From: a virus
Length of the DNA stretch: 64,000 nt
IMG/VR virus record: IMGVR_UViG_3300029908_000007
Location: 1-64,000 of that record
Direction: 5' to 3' (one strand)
Positions 56,589 through 64,000 of the stretch are shown piece after piece (within the stretch, counting starts at the first letter, position 1; each line of letters starts with the position of its first letter). The position numbers and the translations under genes are program-made. The notes beneath the pieces were generated by a model. It searched no databases. It worked only from the letters and a program-made list of their open reading frames with translations, and was not told the origin of the DNA.

Positions 56589-58448
56589 TTAGGCGCCTTC
56601 TTCCTCATCAAGAAGCATATCTTCTATTTCCATGGAAAGCAAATCTTTTATTAGTTCGGGTGGTCTAGGAGCATATAAGGCCTTGATAGCGTTAGGATTT
56701 GCTTGCATTAAAAGTTGAAAATTTTGAAGCCAGAAGGCATCACGTTTGAATTTAAGTAAAGGATCAAAAATTGCGCCAGGGTCTCCAAAGAACCTAGTTC
56801 TGACTTCGCCGACGTTCGAATAAAAATCGAGTACCTGTCTATAACGCTCATTAAACGGAACCGCTCCGCCCATTGCCTTACCAACCGGATCTAGATCAAC
56901 TTCTCTTTGTAGCGTATCGTAGTCGTAGAAAAGTGCGGAGTCCTGTTGAAGACGTGCGGCTTCCTGCTCCTTTGATTCGGAATCGAGGCCGGAAAGTTTT
57001 ATTTCTACGATTTGTGCGAGTTCGGCGTCGATGATTGGAAGCAGTCGTTGATTTAAAAATACCTGCCAGCCTAAGATCAAAGGGCGCAAGCCGGAATCAC
57101 GAGCGGCGGTCATTTTAAATTCGTTATTACTTTCGCTGAGAGTTTGAGAATTTGTTCCCTTAGACAGATGTCCATACCCAGGAATTTCATCAGGCGACAC
57201 ACCGAATGCCGCCAAAATATTTCTGGCTATTTGATCGTAAGTATAAGAGAATTCGGAATCGCCAAGTTTGTCCGCCGTACCAATCCACGCGACGTCATCT
57301 TCTTTCGCGATCCCAAAGATCGGGGTTCTAAAAGCGTTGGAGACAGAATTGATAGATGCGTTGAATTGCATTTTAATTGCATCAAGCATCTGTTGATCAA
57401 CCTCGTCGCTCTTGATAACTAACATCCCTTTGGCTGATTTACCGTTACTGAAATATGTTTTCCAGTAGGCTTCGATAGAAATATGCGTGGTGATGCAATT
57501 CATACAGGTATCTAGTGGTGAAACCGGATAGCCGTTGTGCTCGATGTCGGTGCTTGGGAAGAGATTGTAGACAAGCATTTCATTCGACGTAAACGCCTGT
57601 CGTGGCTGCATTTCAATAACTTGTAGCCAGGTATACTCGTCTTCCTTGAGTTTTTGCATGTCGATGTTAAACGACGCGCCTTCCATTTGCTCCAATGCTT
57701 TTAGCGCAAGTTCTCTTAGATTATTTCCAACGCTTTCGCCTTTACGAACGGCACGAAAAATTGTAGCAATATCTACGGGACGAAATCTATGAAAAGGATA
57801 ATTACCGTCTTTGTCGGGATCCTTAGATCTGTCGTAGATAATTTCAGTGCCATGCGATCCAAAAGCAAGTCCGTTTTGAGTTTGAATGCTCAAGTAATCC
57901 GATAACACCATTTGGTCTTGGTGTTCCAAACCCTCGGTGTGTCCGCAATTAAGCAAAATCTTTTCCAGACGTTTGATTCTTTCCACGACTTTTGTGTACT
58001 GCTCAGGAGTCAATAGTTTTAAAAACTCCGGTCTGATATCAACTTCAACACCAACGTCGAAACGGTCCTTTTTGAGGTGACCGTAGAGTTTCATGATGTT
58101 GCCGCGAGTTCTTAGAATGGCGGCGACAAGATGGTCGGTGACACGGATGGCCTTGATGAGTTCGGGAGGAAGCAGACGGGTACGGGCTTTGAACAAGCCT
58201 AAAAAATTTGATTGCGGTGCTGGGAGTTCGGAAAATGCAAGAGAGGGAGCTTTTTTCTTAGCAGCGGTTCCAGACAGAACTCTAATAGCTTCTGATAATG
58301 GTTTGGTTTCGCCCTTGCGTAGATCAGTTCCTGGAACTGCCAAAGCTTCTAACGCTTTGGCCAAAGACGTTAGGCTATGCTCTTGGCTTCCTTCTTCAGG
58401 ACTATCACCAAAGGTAATGCTGACGGTTTTTTTATCTTTGACGTCCAT
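56589..58448 (-). CDS. Portal protein
   Basis: GYPVSPL, YFSNG..AKGML, AAFGVSPDEI, GLRPL motifs. Confidence 0.9.
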   Translation of the reverse strand: MDVKDKKTVSITFGDSPEEGSQEHSLTSLAKALEALAVPGTDLRKGETKPLSEAIRVLSGTAAKKKAPSLAFSELPAPQSNFLGLFKARTRLLPPELIKAIRVTDHLVAAILRTRGNIMKLYGHLKKDRFDVGVEVDIRPEFLKLLTPEQYTKVVERIKRLEKILLNCGHTEGLEHQDQMVLSDYLSIQTQNGLAFGSHGTEIIYDRSKDPDKDGNYPFHRFRPVDIATIFRAVRKGESVGNNLRELALKALEQMEGASFNIDMQKLKEDEYTWLQVIEMQPRQAFTSNEMLVYNLFPSTDIEHNGYPVSPLDTCMNCITTHISIEAYWKTYFSNGKSAKGMLVIKSDEVDQQMLDAIKMQFNASINSVSNAFRTPIFGIAKEDDVAWIGTADKLGDSEFSYTYDQIARNILAAFGVSPDEIPGYGHLSKGTNSQTLSESNNEFKMTAARDSGLRPLILGWQVFLNQRLLPIIDAELAQIVEIKLSGLDSESKEQEAARLQQDSALFYDYDTLQREVDLDPVGKAMGGAVPFNERYRQVLDFYSNVGEVRTRFFGDPGAIFDPLLKFKRDAFWLQNFQLLMQANPNAIKALYAPRPPELIKDLLSMEIEDMLLDEEEGA

Positions 58449-58470
58449 ATAGACCCTTATATATCACAAC

Positions 58471-59424
58471 TTACTCAGTACTAAGCAAGGTAATGTTGGA
58501 CAGGTTGATCGAGGTATTGGTAACCGCGAGGCTATAGACAGTTGCATTGAGCAAGAATAAACCGGGATTGACTAGACCGTTACTCACGAGCGGAGTAATG
58601 GTTGGACCAGGAGTTCCGCCGTTAATAATCAATTGCGTGTCCTGATCGACTTCCATATAGACCATGGTTTTGGCCATACTGTAAATGGCGACTTCTGTGG
58701 TAATAGGTCCTTCGGTTGGAAGATCCCCGGTATAACTAAACTGAACCCAATAATCGGTTACCAGGGTAATCTGATATGCGTTTTGAGAAACCGGAGAAAA
58801 GCCCGACGTGATCGCCAGAGTATCGCCGATTTGAACACCAGCAGCACTAAAAATCCTAACTTGATTAGCATAATCAGACCCCAAGGTGATAGGACCTTCG
58901 ATATAACCGCTTGGATTTACTACTGTAAAGCTATTACTTGTTTTGGAAATAATCTGCCAAATACCAGTAGTTCCCTGGTTTAGGGGATTGAAATTACTGC
59001 CGATTAATACGTCGTCGCCGGGCTGAACCGAGGTGAGTGTCGGGAGAGTCCCGCCAGTGAAGGTGTAGGTTAGAAGAGGGCCATTTACAGAAGTTGTGAC
59101 CTGAGTCGTAGCGTCGCTGCCGATAGTTCTTAGAGTTCGAAAAGTAGGAGCGGTGCCACCGGTATTGATGAGCTGGTAGATGCTGGTTTGAAACGGAGCG
59201 AGTGCTAGGCTGTATTGAGTGGTTCCATCTTGGGTGAGTGTTCTGGCACCACTAAAGAGCGTCTGTGTGGCGCCTGCGGCAACCTGGAACGTTTCAGAGA
59301 GCGCATTTTCAATAGTGGCGTTACTGATTTCGCGTGTCCATCTAAAATTTTGGGCGCGAGGCTGGTTTGAGGGACAACTGTCTTCGTAAGCATTAAGAAA
59401 AATGAGAGTTTTAAGAGTGGCCAT
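58471..59424 (-). CDS. Hypothetical virion structural protein
   Basis: Beta-rich; between terminase and portal; AATCTTTA upstream. Confidence 0.65.
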   Translation of the reverse strand: MATLKTLIFLNAYEDSCPSNQPRAQNFRWTREISNATIENALSETFQVAAGATQTLFSGARTLTQDGTTQYSLALAPFQTSIYQLINTGGTAPTFRTLRTIGSDATTQVTTSVNGPLLTYTFTGGTLPTLTSVQPGDDVLIGSNFNPLNQGTTGIWQIISKTSNSFTVVNPSGYIEGPITLGSDYANQVRIFSAAGVQIGDTLAITSGFSPVSQNAYQITLVTDYWVQFSYTGDLPTEGPITTEVAIYSMAKTMVYMEVDQDTQLIINGGTPGPTITPLVSNGLVNPGLFLLNATVYSLAVTNTSINLSNITLLSTE

Positions 59425-59494
59425 CGTTTTACGCTCCTGGTAAGATAAAGATTCATCTTTTGGAACGGGATAGATAAATAATGGTAATTATTGA

Positions 59495-61351
59495 TTAATT
59501 TGTAAAATGAAAGCCGCCTTTTTTCTTGGCCGTGCCGATATAAGTAGATGTACCGGCGATGCGCTTTGCGATTTCCTGTTGCATTTGCTCATTCACCGTG
59601 TAATTGGGTTTTGGAGGAACTCCGGCCTTTCCAGGATCGTCCGTATATCTCACATCAGGTTTGTAAGTTCCTTTAACGGACCAAAGATTCTGTCCTATAT
59701 ATCTCAAAGAATCGCAGATATCGGCAATACCCATTTCATCTGCTGGTTGTGTCGTTACGTTACCTTGGCCATCTAACTGAAAACGATGCTTGGAGATAGC
59801 GTTAATAGATCTCTTATTACTGTCCACATCAAGTATTCTAAGTGCCCTTTTCCCAACGGAATTGGTAATTTTAGAACGAACAGCGGAAATACCTCCAAGT
59901 ACGTCCTTTTTGTATTCGGCGCAACGCATGGCGTTTTTGTTAAAACTCTTAATGTAAGCTGGCATTGCGGTATCACAAAACCATTTCATTGGATTGTACT
60001 TGTCCCTAAATGTTTTTGCGGTTTCCAGCATATCGTCGAATTCCAAGCCAGGACATGCGTAGGTTTCCATTAACCACCAGTCGCCATTAGGAATTCTTGC
60101 CACTACCAAAATTACAAAATCGTGTGTGAATCCCCAATCAACACCGCAATAGAATTCTAGCCCCAATTTTTGCATTTCAATAAGAAGTGTTGTTTCATTG
60201 ATATTTTGAAGTCTAGTTGGCCCCATCAGGGTTTCATAGGCTTCTTTGATCGATATAGCATTTCCGTGTTTGCTGAATCTGGGATAAACCAATCCCTCAC
60301 TACCTGGTCTACGACACAGAAGCTGGGATTCAGAAATTTCTGGATCATTTTCTCGAAATTTCTGAATAACTGATGAAATAGGTTTATAGAAACCACCGGT
60401 GGCCGAGACATCTTTTGTGGCTAATTTTTTCTTACATAGTGGAAGTAATGGACATTTGATACAACCCGTGTGGGCCTGTGATACTAAATCGTATTTATTC
60501 TTCTCAATATCGGGCAAACCCACGTATTCCACCACAGTCAAATTTTTAAGAGGTAGAACTTTCGATACATACATGTCTTGTTTAGGCCCATCAGGTAGAT
60601 GGCGCTCGGTAGGACATCTTTCGGTTAGGTCCATTAAATTCCATCGTAGAACTTTGTAGTTCATGTCCGGAGCTTTTTCTAATGCTTCTGCGACATTACC
60701 AAAAGAATATTTATATGAACTTACATAAATTTGCATCCCATAAACACCACGAGAAAATCCTACGATATTCCGACCCTCTTTTAGTGCGGCTTTATCTGCG
60801 AGATCGAGTTCATCCAAAAAAAGTGCAGAGACATGCAAACCATTCATACCCTTTGACGAACAAATTACCACCTTCAAAAAAGGCGTTTTTCCTTGTGGGG
60901 TTTTGTATTTAATAACGCGCTTATTAGTTGAATGAGGTCTCCACCCAGCAGCCTCTAAAAGAGGTCCTATCTTAAATAAAAAACCTTCGATGTAACCTAA
61001 GGCAATAGAAGACTGCGACTCAATGGCGGCAGCATGCCCAACCTCTAACTGGAAATGCAGCAAAAGAAGAAGTTCAAGAATGGTTACAATAATTGTCTTT
61101 AGACCTTCTCGACAACTAATCATGATAGCGCCTGGTCGCTCATTACCTAGATTGTACTTAAAGGTTTCGTAAATATACCATGCACTGTGTAATGGATTCG
61201 ATGTACTATCAGGATCCGTGTTTTCGGTCGGAATCTCTAAGTCAAGAAAGAACTTCGCCCAATCCTTGATTTCCAGGGCGGAACTCAGGGGTGCTAGCAT
61301 AAATCGTGCCAATTCTTGCTTTCTCTCTTCGGGTAAGGTTGCAAAGTCCAT
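59495..61351 (-). CDS. terL: Terminase large subunit
   Basis: SCREGLKT (Walker A variant), LFLDE, GLVYPRF, GVDWG, DICDSLRY. Confidence 0.9.
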   Translation of the reverse strand: MDFATLPEERKQELARFMLAPLSSALEIKDWAKFFLDLEIPTENTDPDSTSNPLHSAWYIYETFKYNLGNERPGAIMISCREGLKTIIVTILELLLLLHFQLEVGHAAAIESQSSIALGYIEGFLFKIGPLLEAAGWRPHSTNKRVIKYKTPQGKTPFLKVVICSSKGMNGLHVSALFLDELDLADKAALKEGRNIVGFSRGVYGMQIYVSSYKYSFGNVAEALEKAPDMNYKVLRWNLMDLTERCPTERHLPDGPKQDMYVSKVLPLKNLTVVEYVGLPDIEKNKYDLVSQAHTGCIKCPLLPLCKKKLATKDVSATGGFYKPISSVIQKFRENDPEISESQLLCRRPGSEGLVYPRFSKHGNAISIKEAYETLMGPTRLQNINETTLLIEMQKLGLEFYCGVDWGFTHDFVILVVARIPNGDWWLMETYACPGLEFDDMLETAKTFRDKYNPMKWFCDTAMPAYIKSFNKNAMRCAEYKKDVLGGISAVRSKITNSVGKRALRILDVDSNKRSINAISKHRFQLDGQGNVTTQPADEMGIADICDSLRYIGQNLWSVKGTYKPDVRYTDDPGKAGVPPKPNYTVNEQMQQEIAKRIAGTSTYIGTAKKKGGFHFTN

Positions 61352-61429
61352 ACCCCCTATATATCATAAATGAAAATAGTGCTTGACAATTGCCAAAAAT
61401 CAGGTATTGTGGGCTATAAGAGGAATAGT

Positions 61430-61897
61430 ATGGGCGATTACACACTTTGCAACCTACATTTTACCTTAAAAGAGGAAACCCCCGAGGAAGTACTGGATTT
61501 TGTTAGTAGAAAACTTACGCATAAACCAGGCCTGCCATCTGATCCCACCTTTCTTGATAATTTTTATCCCTGCTCTTCTGCCTATCACCACATAGAATCT
61601 TTTGTGGAGCAAAAAGATATGTGCAGTGAATTTTATGGAGACTATGAAGGAACAAAATTTAACACCATTTTTCAAGCTAAGTATGGCCGAGGTATTAGCG
61701 AATTTGAGGCCTATATTGGTCCATGGGTTATTGTAAATGAATGGAATCGCGGGTGCATTGGTTGGATTTTAAGTGAATATTGTAATGTTCCAACTTATTT
61801 GTTTGTTAAATCCCAAGAAGAAGATCCCAAAGATAAGTACATACATGAATTAGAAAGTAAATGTCAGGAATTGGTAGAAAAATTGAAAATTAAATGA
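61430..61897 (+). CDS. Hypothetical protein
   Basis: GAGGA RBS; TTGACA promoter at 61383. Confidence 0.65.
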   Translation: MGDYTLCNLHFTLKEETPEEVLDFVSRKLTHKPGLPSDPTFLDNFYPCSSAYHHIESFVEQKDMCSEFYGDYEGTKFNTIFQAKYGRGISEFEAYIGPWVIVNEWNRGCIGWILSEYCNVPTYLFVKSQEEDPKDKYIHELESKCQELVEKLKIK

Positions 61898-63399
61898 AAC
61901 TTAGAATCCTATCCCCCACACGCGCCTACATTGCCGACCATACCGAGTTGGAGATGGAAAGCCTTGTAAAACAGATGAGTTATGTAGATCTTACTGCGAA
62001 ACATGAACTTAAGAGAGTTTCTAAGAATCATTGGTTTAAAACACAAAATCCCGTAAAATGGCAGTTGACGTGTGATCTGCTCAAAGAACAAATCAATCAA
62101 TGTTTGATATTTACCGACAAGACCGGATTCAAATACATTCGTCCCGGCTCCATACCCTATCTTGAGGGCCTCTCACTGGAAATCGAAGATTTTCTAGTAT
62201 ATCCCACACCCAAGAGGATTCCATGGGTAAAACCGATTCCCTACACTTTGTACGATTATCAAACCCTATCCGTTACTAAACTAATAGAAGCAAAACACGG
62301 GAATGTTTCCATAACCACAGGCGGTGGTAAATCCAATATCATTCTATCCATCTGCCGTGAAACCGGATTTAGATGTGCCATCGTTGCCCCCTCCAAGGCC
62401 ATTTTCAACGAATTGGTCGAGAAATTCGAATACCATCTCGGCAAGGGCAATATTGGCAAGTTTGGCGCCGGTAAGAAAAAACTCGGCAAAAGAATTACGA
62501 TCTGTATCGGAGATAGTCTTTGTAACGTGGCAAAGGGCAGCGAGGAGTGGAAGTTCTTTTCTGGTCTGGAAATGCTCGTTATTGATGAAAGCCACACCTG
62601 GGGATCTGAAACCCTGGAAGAAGTATGCCATGGAATTTTCTCCGAGGTTCCCTATAGATTCTTCCTTTCCGCCACCCAGACTCGTGGCGATGGCGGTGTA
62701 AAGCTCTTACAATCTATTATCGGCAAAACCGTACACACCCTAACTACACGGGAAGCTGTCGAAGGTGGCTATATCATTCCCCACGATTACCGCATCGTAC
62801 AGATCGATGGCAGCGATCTCAGCCAGTTGGGCACCGATCCTCTGATGATTAAAAGAGAGCTATTCCTTAGAAATCCAAAGATTGCTAGGTTTTATGCAAA
62901 ATTAGCTAGCGCTCTCGCAAGTAGAGGAGAGCAGACTCTTATTCTAGTAGAGGAATTGGGTCAAATCGCCATGCTAACCAAGCTATTGACGGCCTCCTTT
63001 GGGTACGCACACTCAGAGTCCAATAAGGAGCGTCTGGCTTCTTTGGGATTAGAAAAAGTTGATGTAGCCGAGCAAATTGATCGGTTTAATAAAAATGAGT
63101 TTAAAATACTTATTGTAACTTCTTGCGGGCACGTAGGCGTTAATATCTATCCCATGACCAATACCCTTAACTGGGTGGGCGGAGCTTCAGAAATTAAGAC
63201 CAGGCAGGCCGCCATTGGCCGCTCGATTAGGCTACCGCAAGCCAACCCTTACAAGAGTAAGTGCGGAAATAAGAGCAAATGTACGATCTGGGATTTCGAT
63301 ATAACCGGAAATTATGTCCTTGAGCGCCATTTGGAATCTCGTATTCGATGCTATGCAGATTCTGGACCAAATCTCATCAAGTATATACGCTTGAAATAG
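61894..63399 (+). CDS. Superfamily 2 DNA helicase (UvsW-like)
   Basis: TGGGKS, DESH, SAT, QAAIGRSIR motifs. Confidence 0.9.
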   Translation: MKLRILSPTRAYIADHTELEMESLVKQMSYVDLTAKHELKRVSKNHWFKTQNPVKWQLTCDLLKEQINQCLIFTDKTGFKYIRPGSIPYLEGLSLEIEDFLVYPTPKRIPWVKPIPYTLYDYQTLSVTKLIEAKHGNVSITTGGGKSNIILSICRETGFRCAIVAPSKAIFNELVEKFEYHLGKGNIGKFGAGKKKLGKRITICIGDSLCNVAKGSEEWKFFSGLEMLVIDESHTWGSETLEEVCHGIFSEVPYRFFLSATQTRGDGGVKLLQSIIGKTVHTLTTREAVEGGYIIPHDYRIVQIDGSDLSQLGTDPLMIKRELFLRNPKIARFYAKLASALASRGEQTLILVEELGQIAMLTKLLTASFGYAHSESNKERLASLGLEKVDVAEQIDRFNKNEFKILIVTSCGHVGVNIYPMTNTLNWVGGASEIKTRQAAIGRSIRLPQANPYKSKCGNKSKCTIWDFDITGNYVLERHLESRIRCYADSGPNLIKYIRLK

Positions 63400-63420
63400 T
63401 TATGATATATAAGAGTTGTA

Positions 63421-64000
63421 ATGGCAAAAACAACTCCGAAAAAGAAATTCGAAACCTTCAGCAATGACTTTTATTGGCTGGCTACGGCTATCTCCCATAT
63501 ATTGGCTAAGAATAAGGAAGACGATACCAGTCAAAAAGAACAGGTAGAAGAGCTGATTTTAAGTGAACACCTCTTTAAAGAAGAAATTCTCAAGTATAAG
63601 TATTCCAGTCAGGTTTACAAGAAATTCATCCAAAAGATCCGCGTTACCGATCACAATATCCTATACGCCAAAGTCTATTTCCGTGAGTCCTCTGACGTTT
63701 TCTCTCAAAAGATCACCCCCTGTCTAAAAAGCGATGATACCGAGGGTCTAAAGAAGTTCAATATTAACTACAATTTGATCCAATTCATTAAAAAAAATTG
63801 GAGGGGGCCTCTAGGCGCTAGAGCTGAAAAACTCTATCTCAGAGTCGAAAGAGCCCGTCGTGTCCTCCAGGAAAACAACCTCCCCTTAGTTATCAACGCC
63901 GCCAAGCTCTTCTATCGAAAAGTCCCTAAAAGCTCCATCACCCTCCTAGACATGATCAACGTAAGCGCTATGGGTTTGAGTTCCGCTATAGACAAATATA
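63421..64000 (+). CDS. Phage sigma70-family RNA polymerase sigma factor (3'-truncated)
   Basis: Open frame from ATG 63421 to the window end; ENNLPLVINAAK...LLDMINVSAMGLSSAIDKY matches sigma region 2. Confidence 0.85.
   Translation, partial: MAKTTPKKKFETFSNDFYWLATAISHILAKNKEDDTSQKEQVEELILSEHLFKEEILKYKYSSQVYKKFIQKIRVTDHNILYAKVYFRESSDVFSQKITPCLKSDDTEGLKKFNINYNLIQFIKKNWRGPLGARAEKLYLRVERARRVLQENNLPLVINAAKLFYRKVPKSSITLLDMINVSAMGLSSAIDKY

Larger units (their letters stand above)
1..64000. mobile_element. Segment of a large myovirus-type bacteriophage genome
   Basis: Terminase, portal, protease, capsid, sheath, tube, tail fibre and lysis genes; dense gene packing; no bacterial housekeeping operons. 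Confidence 0.97.

Noticed and set aside
1-64000. tRNA genes or stop-codon reassignment
   Set aside because: No cloverleaf was recognised by eye; genes are full length under the standard code and use TAA, TAG and TGA as stops

Overview
The whole window reads as part of a large tailed-phage genome with a contractile tail. It encodes terminase large subunit, portal, Mu-F-like head protein, prohead protease, scaffold, an SPO1/K/A511-style major capsid protein, neck proteins, tail sheath and tube, a repetitive tail fibre, three paralogous glycine-rich adhesin-like proteins, a lysis cassette, a peptidase M15 endolysin, a GroEL chaperonin, dNMP kinase, a UvsW-like helicase, a sigma factor truncated by the window end, a catalytic-domain-only tyrosine recombinase, and eight free-standing homing endonuclease-like genes. 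The first 6.4 kb is a cluster of small accessory genes rich in lipoproteins and membrane proteins, which suggests a Gram-negative host. The most striking observation lies inside the head/neck gene cluster. There is a protein with an intact mCpol (minimal CRISPR/Cas10-like polymerase, DGD...GGDEF) cyclic-nucleotide synthase domain, and a protein with an Acb1-like 2H phosphodiesterase domain. The 2H protein and many neighbouring proteins carry repeated [LMF]-x-K-[SA]-E motifs at their domain boundaries, resembling prohead-protease cleavage sites. My inference is a capsid-packaged, protease-processed set of counter-defence enzymes that can both destroy and synthesise cyclic-nucleotide signals. 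Two recurrent promoter-like motifs (AATCTTTA and TGATATA, the latter often with near-leaderless starts), a sigma54-type promoter, and two structured 5' leaders are also visible. No tRNA, rRNA or CRISPR array was recognised. All family assignments are by eye from motifs; no searches were run.
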